This document shows positions 1 through 11,368 of a DNA stretch of 64,000 bases, in pieces. Source of the DNA: Macrostomum hystrix (Eukaryota > Animalia > Platyhelminthes). The notes under the pieces were generated by a model. It did no database searches and was not told the origin of the DNA. It saw only the letters and a program-made list of their open reading frames with translations. The first letter of the stretch is position 1; every line of letters starts with the position of its first letter. Both the position numbers and the translations under genes were made by a program. The stretch spans positions 5,022,001 to 5,086,000 of the forward strand of contig CATNEN010000034.1 of assembly GCA_950097015.1 (NCBI GenBank), in the 5' to 3' direction.

Positions 1-1806
1 TGGAAACTATCAAGAATCTATGAGGAAACTATCTAGAATCTACGAGGAAACTATCAAGAATCTACGAGGAAACTATCAAGAATCTACATGGAAACTATCA
101 AGAATCTACGAGAATCTACATGGAAACTATCAAGAATCTACGAGAATCTACATGGAAACTATCAAGAATCTACGAGAATCTACATGGAAACTATCAAGAA
201 TCTATGAGGAAACTATCAAGAATCTATGAGAATCTACGAGGAAACTATCAAGAATCTATGAGAATCTACGAGGAAACTATCAAGAATCTATGAGAATCTA
301 CGAGGAAACTATCAAGAATCTATGAGAATCTGCGAGGAAACTATCAAGAATCTATGAGAATCTACGAGGAAACTATCAAGAATCTATGAGAATCTACGAG
401 GAAACTATCAAGAATCTACGAGAATCTACATGGAAACTATCAAGAATCTACGAGAATCTACATGGAAACTATCAAGAATCTATGAGGAAACTATCAAGAA
501 TCTATGAGAATCTACGAGGAAACTATCAAGAATCTACGAGGAAACTATCAAGAATCTACATGGAAACTATCAAGAATCTACGAGAATCTACATGGAAACT
601 ATCAAGAATCTACGAGAATCTACATGGAAACTATCAAGAATCTACGAGAATCTACATGGAAACTATCAAGAATCTACGAGAATCTACGAGGAAACTATCA
701 AGAATCTACGAGAATCTACATGGAAACTATCAAGAATCTATGAGGAAACTATCAAGAATCTATGAGAATCTACGAGGAAACTATCAAGAATCTACGAGGA
801 AACTATCAAGAATCTACATGGAAACTATCAAGAATCTACATGGAAACTATCAAGAATCTACGAGAATCTACATGGAAACTATCAAGAATCTACGAGAATC
901 TACATGGAAACTATCAAGAATCTACGAGAATCTACATGGAAACTATCAAGAATCTATGAGGAAACTATCAAGAATCTATGAGAATCTACGAGGAAACTAT
1001 CAAGAATCTACATGGAAACTATCAAGAATCTACGAGAATCTACATGGAAACTATCAAGAATCTACGAGAATCTACATGGAAACTATCAAGAATCTACGAG
1101 AATCTACATGGAAACTATCAAGAATCTACGAGAATCTACATGGAAACTATCAAGAATCTACGAGAATCTACATGGAAACTATCAAGAATCTACGAGAATC
1201 TACATGGAAACTATCAAGAATCTACGAGAATCTACATGGAAACTATCAAGAATCTACGAGAATCTACATGGAAACTATCAAGAATCTACGAGAATCTACA
1301 CGGAAACTATCAAGAATCTATGAGGAAACTATCAAGAATCTATGAGAATCTACGAGGAAACTATCAAGAATCTACGAGGAAACTATCAAGAATCTACATG
1401 GAAACTATCAAGAATCTACGAGAATCTACATGGAAACTATCAAGAATCTACGAGAATCTACATGGAAACTATCAAGAATCTACGAGAATCTACATGGAAA
1501 CTATCAAGAATCTACGAGAATCTACATGGAAACTATCAAGAATCTACGAGAATCTACATGGAAACTATCAAGAATCTATGAGGAAACTATCAAGAATCTA
1601 TGAGAATCTACGAGGAAACTATCAAGAATCTATGAGAATCTACGAGGAAACTATCGAGAATCTATGAGAATCTACGAGGAAACTATTAAGAATCTATGAG
1701 AATCTACGAGGAAACTATCAAGAATCTATGAGAATCTACGAGGAAACTATCAAGAATCTATGATAATCTACGAGGAAACTATCAAGAATCTATGAGAATC
1801 TACGAG
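1..1806. repeat. Composite minisatellite built from GGAAACTATCAA and GAATCTAC(GA/AT)/GAATCTATGA modules; runs off the window start
   Basis: Continuous tandem array of 22- and 32-bp module combinations. The overlapping ORFs here are repeat translations. Confidence 0.97.
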
Positions 1807-2241
1807 AAGGCACTTTTTGACGCGGTATGGAATAGCAATCACAAAAGGATCCGATTTTCAAAGTTTATAGTACGAAAAAGTTTCTCGCGTCGGGTTTTTT
1901 TGTTTTCTAATTAAAGTTAATTCTAACGCTCTTTGGAACAAATATAGCGCCGAATGTTTAGACGTTAAAACAGAAATAAAATTGCCAAGCACGCTAAAAA
2001 CATAAGCGCCACAAAGAGAAACGTAAAAGCGTTAGAAAGATATAAAAAATACAAAGTTCTTTCAAGTATATGATAGTGGCTGCTTAATTGGCATTCTGTG
2101 GTTAGAAAGTCTGAGGCTGCGTTTAATGGTCCGAGGCGAGCGAATCGAGGTCTTTCTACTGTTAAAAGTATTTTTTTACTTTAAATGTGACTCCATCGAC
2201 AAGTTTCCTTCAGAGTCTTGTGTCCTCGTACTTCAGCGGCA

Positions 2242-3484
2242 TCAGCGCTCGGCGTTGCCCTCCCGCATGCACCTGTCAATGTCGCAGTCCTGCTGAGCCC
2301 TGCTGCTAACAGCCGCTCGGCCGGTTCTCCAGCCACCCCAACGGAACTCGCTGGTCGGCTGCGAACTGCTTGTACTCGTGGCCTCGGTAGTTTGAGCTTC
2401 AAAACCTGCGGCGTCGCGGCCGCCAACTCTGCTGCTACTACTGCAGCATTGACTAAAATAATATTTTCTTCACAAAACTAATTTGAAATGCTCTAAAAAT
2501 GTGCACCAAGTTTTACACAAAAAACTCTTACGGATTTCTGCCCTTAATCTTCGCAGAAAATGCTTCAGAAATTCTAAATCCACCGCTACTGCCACTGTTG
2601 CCATGGAAACTGAATGATCGCTTCACTCGACCGTTTGTAACGCCGCGCAAGGGATTCTTGAAGCGATCGGCCGCCGTGTCAGCCTCCGTGTTGCGACCGG
2701 AAAATCCGAGGTTGCCGAACGGACGCCGCTGCCTTGGGAAGCCTCTTTCGCCATCGTCGTCATTCTGAGGAGCCAGTCGACTGTCTGGCTCACTTTTCAC
2801 CGTCTGGCTGGTGAATTGCGCTTCAAAAATCAGCTGGGTGAACCTAAGAAGTAAAAAGAGAGAATCTCATTGAAGTACCAAAGGCTACTCATAGTAGACT
2901 GATTTGAATGTGATCTGGATAAAAATCTGATTTTATTATATTATCGCAAGCTGTTTTGCTTCAGCTGAAAATGCCTAAAATAGCTCGTAAAATGCTCTGA
3001 GTCATGCTGTATCCAAGAACCACTAGAAGAATAAGAAGGACGGGACACTTCGTTTCTTGGAAAAAATTATTAAAGCTATTTGACTGCCTATTGTGCTTCA
3101 TAATAAATGAGCGAAAATAGAATGAACATCAATTATTCATTAATGAAGCTTTATAAAGTTCGTTGAACAAACATTTTTCAAGTTATGTTAAAAGAACAGC
3201 ATTGGATCTACTTCCAAAAAAAATTAGCAACACTCAAATGTGAAATACGTAAAAACTTCCTATCAGGCTAGTGTATTTTTTCCCATGAAAATCATCCTTT
3301 AATAAATTTTCCAAGAAACCAAGTGTCCCGTCCTTCTTCTAGTGGTCCTTGGCTAGATCACGTTTGTTGGTTTTGTTGTCTATGCTTTTTAATTTATATT
3401 TCTTCAAGCTTACCTGTCGTGCAGTGTAACTTTAGTACCTCTGCCCAGATTAATGTAGTCCAGTGGTGCAGCTTCCTTAAACAT
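2242..3484 (-). CDS. CHTOP/UIF-like nuclear RNA-export-type protein (~197 aa), 3 coding exons
   Basis: Exons 3484-3414, 2843-2532 and 2452-2242 have GT-AG junctions and consistent phases (594 nt). The N-terminus MFKEAAPLDYINLGRGTKVTLHDRFTQL resembles the recalled CHTOP N-terminal motif ([21 protein letters not shown]). The exon 3 acceptor is uncertain, but nearby AGs keep the same frame. Confidence 0.5.
3013..3352. mobile_element. MITE family A, complete copy (~340 bp) in intron 1 of the CHTOP-like gene
   Basis: Imperfect ~56-62-bp TIRs: CCAAGAACCACTAGAAGAATAAGAAGGACGGGACACTT... (3013-3074) pairs with ...AAGTGTCCCGTCCTTCTTCTAGTGGTCCTTGG (3297-3352). AT-rich non-coding interior; TSD not resolved. 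Confidence 0.8.
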
Positions 3485-3644
3485 TGCTGTTAAAAAGAAC
3501 CATATATATTATATATTAAAAAAATAATATACTCGTACTTTCACCTGCTTGTATCTAAAGTCAAATAAATGTTGATGCAGAATCGCGGCTAGTGACAGAC
3601 AGACATATTAGCCTGTCTGTTTAAAAAATTTGGCTTTATCCTTA

Positions 3645-4234
3645 CTTACTTACTTTGCAGGGGGGCCTGGGGCACTTGACGCACAAACACAGGAACGGCA
3701 TGCCCCCAGGCCGGCGAACTAGGCGAGAGCCGCCCATCGCGCCGCCTCCCCTGAGCAGGCACCTCACACACACAGTAGCAAGCCAAGCGGGGAAGGGGGC
3801 GGCAGCCGGAGTGCCTCTCACCCCAGGCCCGCACACGCACAGAGCAGACCAAGCCGGGGCGGAAGGCTGATAGAAATCAGTCCTCAGGGGGGGGGGGCGG
3901 GTGACGAGTGTACACTTTATCCAATCGCGCTGACGGAAATCCATGCAGATGAGCGCGCGGCGGTGTACACCCGCCCCCCAGCCACCCCCCGCAAGGTCTA
4001 ACGCCCCAGCGCCAACGCACACAACTCACACAACGCAGAACAGGCACACAGAAAGGTAGGAGCGAAGCTATTTTTCAAGCTTTGATTGCACGAAATATGG
4101 TGCACCTCCGCCGGTCGCTACTGTCCAACCCCCCCCCAACAAGTACCGAAATTAATCGTGACCTGAAGGGTGAATCGAACTAGCGTCCTTTGGAGTGCGA
4201 GGCAGCGACGTTAGCCGCTGACCCCCCTCGTCCC
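3645..4234 (-). mobile_element. tRNA-derived SINE (~590 bp)
   Basis: 14-bp TSD TGGCTTTATCCTTA at 3631-3644 and 4235-4248. The 5' head has an A-box-like GGTCAGCGG (4223-4215) and B-box GTTCGATTC (4180-4172). The 3' tail is (GTAA)n at about 3641-3653. Confidence 0.85.
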
Positions 4235-4744
4235 TGGCTTTATCCTTAAAAAGTTTGTTTAAAAAGTTAAGCGTACTCCAAATATGCCGGTTTGCGCTAT
4301 TAGACTAACCGAATGTACATCGGGCGGTTTCGGCTCTGGCTTGGCCCTAATTTCATCCAACCAACCCCAGGCAAGGCGCCAGCCATGTTTTCCTACCCCC
4401 TCTTGCACCCACCTCCCTCCAACAGTCCCCAGTCAGGCACGTTTGTTAGCCCTTTTGCACCAACCTTCCTCCTCCAGTTCCGGTCCATGTTTTGTTAATC
4501 AAGAAAGTCGAGTAAATATTCAATAATTTATTGCTCAGTGAATTGGTGTAAAGAATCAATCATATATCTCATGCGCTCGAATATCTTGCAGCTTATTAGC
4601 GTGCGGGCCATGGAGAGAACCTAAAAGACGACAGCGGACCGCATTGAATGTACTCGTAGGGATATGAGAAAGGAGAGAGATAAGACAGGGGGGAGATGAG
4701 ACAGCAGAGAGATGCGAATGGGAAGAAATGATGCTCTCTATCTC

Positions 4745-5148
4745 CAGATGAGAAACAGATGAGACACGGGATAGATGAGACATTGGATAGATGAGAAACT
4801 GGATAGATGAGACACGGGATAGATGAGAAACTGGATAGATGAGACACGGGATAGATGAGACACGGGATAGATGAGAAACTGGATAGATGAGACACGGGAG
4901 AGATGAGACACGGGATAGATGAGACATGTGATAGATGAGACATGGGATAGATAAGACACGGGATAGATGAGACACGGGATAGATGAGAAACTGGATAGAT
5001 GGGACACTGGATAGATAAGACACGGGATAGATGAGACACGGGATAGATGAGACACGGGATAGATGAGACACGGGATAGATGAGACACGGGATAGATGAGA
5101 AACTGGATAGATGAGACACGGGATAGATGAGACACTGGATAGATGAGA
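4745..5148. repeat. 16-bp minisatellite GATAGATGAGACACGG
   Basis: Tandem copies; reverse complement is related to the TCTCATCTCTCC arrays at 28.7, 52.8 and 59.6 kb. Confidence 0.95.
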
Positions 5149-5319
5149 TGATAAAAGTAGCTTATTTATTAGTGGAACAGAACAAGCTCCTGTTTTTTGA
5201 TGAAATACACACCTAACGTTGACTCAGCCCGAATAATCAGGTGAGGACAGGGCTCTGTTTACACTCTTCGAATGGTGCTTCACATTTTATTTTTCCTGTC
5301 TCTGTCCAATTGGTTTAAT

Positions 5320-6090
5320 TGGCAAGGGAATGCCAGCATGCTGACAGGAACGATAACGAAATGCTGACCAAAGGTGCCTGGACGAGTGGTGTGACTTGAG
5401 CACTTGCGCAGCTGCGACCGACAACTGGCATGCCGTCGTCACAGAGAAAAACAAAGATTTGATTTTGACTCCGTTATTAGTGATTGATACTTATCAATAC
5501 TTATAAAACCGAATTTTACCGATAATAACCGCTCATTGTCAATGAACGACACTCGTGTCCTGACGCCCATAAAAATGTCATAAACAACATGACCAAACAA
5601 ATGACTGTTGTGACAGAAGTTTGTGAAATGACTGCAGTTCATAGCTTTTTCGAGTACAAACACGATGTCGCGTTGGTCTGGATGGGCAAGTTTGAATTGT
5701 CCATATGTGAATGGATTTGGCCTTTAAAAGTCATAGTACTTCTAATATAGAATAAACACACAATACTGAATGATGATTGATAAACAGGTTTGGTAAACGC
5801 ATACTGTGACAATTTACCTTGGATTGTTTACATTACACAGTCTAGTCAGGTATTGGTAAGGCAGAGCTCCTCCGCCGATCCTTCGTAATTATTATCCCGT
5901 CGTATCATAATTAATAAAAGATAAGCAGAGTTATACTTATCGCTAACGAGCTAAATCCACAGAGTCGGAGACACGTGGGCGATCGCAACAGTCTGGGTTG
6001 CGAATGGTTCCCAATTATCTGCAAAAGATAATCTACACTAGACTTTCTTTCCACACAGTCTGGTGCATCTTCAGGCCCTATAGGAAGAAA
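5320..6090 (-). CDS. Candidate exons of an unidentified AT-rich gene
   Basis: The open frame IGGGALPYQYLTRLCNVNNPR joins in phase across a GT-AG intron (donor ~5817, acceptor ~5722) to PNPFTYGQFKLAHPDQRDIVFVLEKAMNC.... No recognisable family; model incomplete. Confidence 0.3.
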
Positions 6091-6840
6091 TGTTGATTTC
6101 CCTATTGCGAATCAGAGTGGAAAGATTGGGAAATGACGGTTGGCTTGTTTGGTCGGTTTCACTACACACGCATGTAAGTTGATTGAGTGAAGATGGAATA
6201 CCCCTCGGTATTGAAGTTTTTTATTTGGCTTCGTTATGCAGCTAAATTTGGTGATTGCCCTTGTGCACGAGAATTTCATATCTAGCGTAGTGTACATGCA
6301 GATGCCAACGTGCTATTGGCTGATTCCAATCACGTGACAGGGCAGATGGCGGCTTTGCGGGGTTTTCCTGACAAGCGTTTCTAACAATGGAAATAACTCT
6401 TGCCAATTATGAGCTTTTTTAAAACTATAGGGCTTCGATTAAAAACTGAAAAAATACTATCTGATTAAACCCATTTCATAGATCATTATGCACTTTCGTT
6501 GAGCAAAAGAAAATGATTTTAGCAAGGCCACTCCAATGAGCGTGATAACGTGAGAGAAGAGCTCTTTGAGAGACGCGTTAACAAGATTTTCTAGTTCCAC
6601 GGAGGGGATGACAAGCAGCAGCTTATTAGTTGGCACCAGGAGTTCACACGTTTCACACCCACCCTTGACTTTTAAGTTTTTTCCCCCAACTTCTGCTTTG
6701 CTGTCTCTCCTCTTTCTCCCTCTCAGCGTATCTCTCTTTGCTGGGTCGGAGACTAATTGCTTGTACTAATAAAGTATTCCGTTTAAAAAAACTCGACAAA
6801 GCCTGCACTGTACTAGCTTTCCGCGACAGTGAGACCATCT

Positions 6841-7107
6841 CAAGGACCACATGATGAATAAAACGAAAATAAAATAAAGATCAATGATTCATGAATGAAG
6901 CTTTCTAAAATTCGTTAAAGCAACATGTTTTGCGCGATATATTTAAACACCAGCATTGGATCTTCTTCCAAAAAACATTTATACGCATTTTAGTGTGAAA
7001 AAAGTGAAAAGTTTCTATCTCGCTAGTGCATTTTCCGTGAAAATCTGCCTTTAATACATTTTCCTAGAAACCAAGTGTCCCGTCCTTCTTCTTCTAGTGG
7101 TCCTTGG
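6841..7107. mobile_element. MITE family A, internally deleted copy
   Basis: Right end ...AAGTGTCCCGTCCTTCTTCTTCTAGTGGTCCTTGG and interior are similar to 3013-3352; the left TIR is reduced to CAAGGACCAC. Confidence 0.75.
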
Positions 7108-8385
7108 CCTATCTGTGCTCAGCAGAGCAAGTGAAGCTGGTAGATAACACTTGAGCACAGGGCTGTTGAAACTCTACGGTGCCTTTAAGATCCAGCCCGA
7201 ACCTGAACAAGTTGGAGGCATCGAAGAAGACCAAGAACTGGTTTCTCTTGGCCAAAAGAATTTGCCCGAGTTTGCACTTTTTTAATAACTATTTGCAGGA
7301 CAAAAATTGCACCGTAAACAGGATTTCAGGCGAATGCAGCCCTTGCGTCGCGAACTCAAACAGCCCGGTGTTTTGGCGTGTCGGAGATCGAAAAGGCTGA
7401 AGAGAGAACGAACCGCTAGGCTGAGCGGAAGCAGCAGCAGCAACAAATTAGAAAATTGCAGTCTCGATGACGCTGCATCTCGTCTGTCTAGTGATCCATT
7501 GCGGTTTTTCTTCCAGATATGACAGCCAGAAAATGATAGAGAGGAAAAAGGAAAGAGCTTTCTGGAGAGTGCGGGACTTGGCCCCCCCTGTTGCAACCTG
7601 GGATTCTGGGGTCAGGCCTGGCGAACATTCCGAATCCTGTAGGAATTTTCTTCGCATTAGAAGCACTGCTTCATTGCTCAGCCTCTCTCAGCACCAATCT
7701 GGAGCTTTTGTGTACTCACACATTCCCCTATTTTTCCTTAGGGTCGTTTGCGGTCACAAACTAGTCGACAGTAGCCTGACGAAGGGCTTGTTTGAACATC
7801 GCGAGGTCATTTGGAGACGTGAAAGACTCACTGAGTCAAGTCCTATTAGCGGCGCAATTGTTTACAAATGCTCGACAGAAATTCTGAGAAGGCAAGGTAA
7901 TCGAGAGAATTAAAAAACAGCAGCTCGGATGGCGTCAAAGATGTTGCTTTTGTTAACGAGTTCATTAGCGCGGAATCAAGCCAGATCAGATGTCAAACGA
8001 GTGTTTTGCTGATTTGATTTTTCAACGAGGATGAAACACGAAAGTTTCGTTAACTTGTTCAGCATGCTTCCTTGCATGTGGTTTTGTATCGTATTTTTTT
8101 AATTTTGCATACAAAAACACCGATTTTACAACAGCAAAGCATTTGACAGCCTGTGATGTAATGCAAAATTAGAATAAGTAGATTTCATTTTAATGCTTAT
8201 AAAAAACGGTTTCCTTCACATTCTCAGAAATGTGATGAGTGTCAGAAAATAACTAGATAAAAAAGCAGTTACAACAGTCAGAAGTCACAACAGTCAGAAG
8301 TCACAACATTCAACTCTGCTAATAGTTGTCTACAAAATAGTTCTCTCTACGCAATGTTTGATTCACGTTGAGAAGAATGAAAACT

Positions 8386-9852
8386 TTATTCGATGAAAAC
8401 TTCGGGTGGTGGCCGCGGTGGCAGGACCAGCGGAGCCAGATTGTCTGACCGCTGACGCTGATGTTGGGTGAGGTGAGGCGCGTGCAGCTCTCCCACAGCG
8501 TCGTGCCTGGCCGATGACGGATGTCCCCGCGAGTAGAGCGAGTACAGCTGGGCCAGCTCTCGCTGCTGCCTCGCGTCAGCCTGGCAGTTGCAGCGTAGGA
8601 TCAGGCGGAAGTACTTCTTGAACTTGGAGCTGATCACGGCCAGGCAGAGCGGATTGATGGCGCTGTTGGCATAGCCGAGCAGCAGACAGACTGGGAGCAC
8701 GGTTGTCATCACCACATTCACCTGCTGGCCATCGTCCACTTTGTCAGCGGCAGCTTTAGTCGTTGTCAAAAAGGAACCGGCGGCACTGGGAGTTGTTGGC
8801 GTAGCAGCCGCAGCCGCAGCCGCAGCCGCAGCCGCTGCCAGCCCATCGGGCAGCACGAAGCCGCGCAGATCAATGAAAATTGTCACCACGTGGTAGGGCA
8901 GCCAGCAGGCAGCGAAGGTCAGCAGCAGGGCGATCATGATCTTGCTGACCTTAACTCGACCCTGGCTGAGGGCTCGCAGGCCGTTCTGCTGGGCGTCGCT
9001 GACCACCTGCTGGCGGGCGAACTTCACAGTGGAGACGAGAGTGCGGCCCAGCATGGAGTAGAACACGGACATTGCGATGAGGGGAACCAGGTACAGGGTG
9101 GCGAATAGGAACAGGGTGTAGGCGGTCTTGCGGGCCGCCGAGTCCTGCCAGTCCTCGACGCAGTAGTACACGGAGGACTTCCAGTGAAATTCGTGCCTTC
9201 GCAGCTTGTAGGCAGCCGGGATGGGACTGCAGAGCAGCACGGAGGCCAGCCAGATGCCGGCCACCCAGAGGCCCATGGCCCGGTTGCTCATGCGCTCCTT
9301 GGCGGTCATAGGATAGCGGATGACCACGTAGCGCTTGATTGACATCGATGCCAGCGAGGCGATGGACACGGAGACGGAGACGCCCTGAAGGAATGGCGAC
9401 AATTTGCAGAGCGCAACGCCGAAAATCCAACGGGTGCTGAGCACATTGTAGGCCGTGATGGGCAGGCAGATGAAGAAGATGAGCAAGTCGCTGATGGCTA
9501 GGTTAAGTAGAAATATGTTGGTCCGAGATCGCATGGATGGGAAGATGGCGATGCTCAGAATGACAAGCGCGTTGCCGGTGACGCCAATCAGGAACAGTAT
9601 GCTGAAGGCTGTGACCATGGGGATCTTGTAGTGCATGCTCTGACCCTCCATGTAGGACTCAAACAGCTTGCGACAGTTCTCAGCGGTCTCCGGGGCCATC
9701 GCGTCAGGGGAGATGCAGCGGTTGAGCTCGCTGAGCTGCTGAAGGCGCAGCTGCCAGAGCCTGTGTAGCTCGGAGCCGTTGAAGTCCAGCTGCAGGTTGC
9801 CGAAGTCGAACTCCGCTGCTGGAGCAGCTGTGGTGGCCGCTGGCGTGTCCAT
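8386..9852 (-). CDS. Intronless rhodopsin-family neuropeptide GPCR (orexin/allatotropin, NPFF/SIFamide or QRFP receptor clade)
   Basis: Seven hydrophobic segments with GN (TM1), NLAISD (TM2), CKLSPFLQGVSVSVS (TM3), W (TM4), ECL2 YCVEDW and CWLP (TM6). First ATG is at 9852 (the ORF track starts at GTG 9870). An acceptor-like TCAG lies ~18 nt upstream of the ATG. Confidence 0.92.
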   Translation of the reverse strand: MDTPAATTAAPAAEFDFGNLQLDFNGSELHRLWQLRLQQLSELNRCISPDAMAPETAENCRKLFESYMEGQSMHYKIPMVTAFSILFLIGVTGNALVILSIAIFPSMRSRTNIFLLNLAISDLLIFFICLPITAYNVLSTRWIFGVALCKLSPFLQGVSVSVSIASLASMSIKRYVVIRYPMTAKERMSNRAMGLWVAGIWLASVLLCSPIPAAYKLRRHEFHWKSSVYYCVEDWQDSAARKTAYTLFLFATLYLVPLIAMSVFYSMLGRTLVSTVKFARQQVVSDAQQNGLRALSQGRVKVSKIMIALLLTFAACWLPYHVVTIFIDLRGFVLPDGLAAAAAAAAAAAATPTTPSAAGSFLTTTKAAADKVDDGQQVNVVMTTVLPVCLLLGYANSAINPLCLAVISSKFKKYFRLILRCNCQADARQQRELAQLYSLYSRGHPSSARHDAVGELHAPHLTQHQRQRSDNLAPLVLPPRPPPEVFIE

Positions 9853-9903
9853 GGAGCTCACCTGGTGCACTGATGGAGCAGAGAAATTGAGGATTAGAAT
9901 AGA

Positions 9904-10203
<300 letters not shown>

Positions 10204-10692
10204 TCACTCTACATTTAAATAACATTTAGAGAGCAACTTTTGGGCACTAAATTAAGGACACGGAGGGTGACTTGTTTCCAGGAACTTAATTCCCATAATT
10301 CTCCCTTACAATCCCAGCCACTACCTCCAGGCGGATTTTTCTGCTTCCTGCTGGCCAACTCAATTTGCAAGATGGTCGCTAGGTTCAGGGAGAGAAGCGG
10401 ATGCTACTAAAGCCGAATCTAATTAAAAAATCTAATTAGGCAATCTTATTTTCTTTTGAATTTCCGGGAGTAGCAGTCATGTCTACTGTCTACCAGGTGA
10501 AGTCCCTGTATCTAGGGTAACATTTTTGCAGCTTAACTGGCCCCCGCTAGTTCATCTTGTGGCACAGTGGCAAAAAATTACAATGACAGGAAATGTGACA
10601 ATATTAATGAATATGACAGTGAAAGTAACTGGATAATGAAAATGACAGACATGGGAATAAAAGAAAGAAGTAACAGAAACGGCGATAATCAT

Positions 10693-11368
10693 GATAAGAG
10701 TGACAGAGTGAGTAAAGGTCAAGATAAGAGTGACAGAGTGAGTAAAGATCAAGATAAGAGTGACAGAGTGAGTAAAGATCAAGATAAGAGTGACAGAGTG
10801 AGTAAAGATCAAGATAAGAGCGACAGAGTGAGTAAAGATCAAGATAAGAGTGACAGAGTGAGTAAAGATCAAGATAAGAGCGACAGAGTGAGTAAAGATC
10901 ACGATAAGAGTGACAGAGTGAGTAAAGATCAAGATAAGAGCGACAGAGTGAGTAAAGATCACGATAAGAGTGACAGAGTGAGTAAAGATCAAGATAAGAG
11001 TGACAGAGTGAGTAAAGATCAAGATAAGAGCGACAGAGTGAGTAAAGATCACGATAAGAGTGACAGAGTGAGTAAAGATCAAGTTAAGAGTGACAGAGTA
11101 AGTAAAGATAAAGATAAGAGTGACAGAGTGAGTAAAGATCAAGATAAGAGCGACAGAGTGAGTAAAGATCAAGATAAGAGTGACAGAGTGAGTAAAGATC
11201 AAGATAAGAGTGACAGAGTGAGTAAAAATCATGATAAGAGTGACAGAGTGAGTAAAGATCAAGATAAGAGTGACAGAGTGAGTAAAGATCAAGATAAGAG
11301 TGACAGAGTGAGTAAAGATAAAGATAAGAGTGACAGAGTAAGTAAAAATCAAGATAAGAGTGACAGAG
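10693..11368. repeat. 30-bp minisatellite GATAAGAGTGACAGAGTGAGTAAAGATCAA with degenerate flanks
   Basis: About 22 tandem copies; explains the ORFs 10552-11493 and 10567-11427. Confidence 0.95.

Noticed and set aside
20-1667. Overlapping ORFs up to 319 aa
   Set aside because: Translations of a stop-poor repeat, open in several frames, with no unique sequence.
4172-4234. Stand-alone tRNA gene
   Set aside because: No complete cloverleaf; it is the head of a TSD-flanked SINE.
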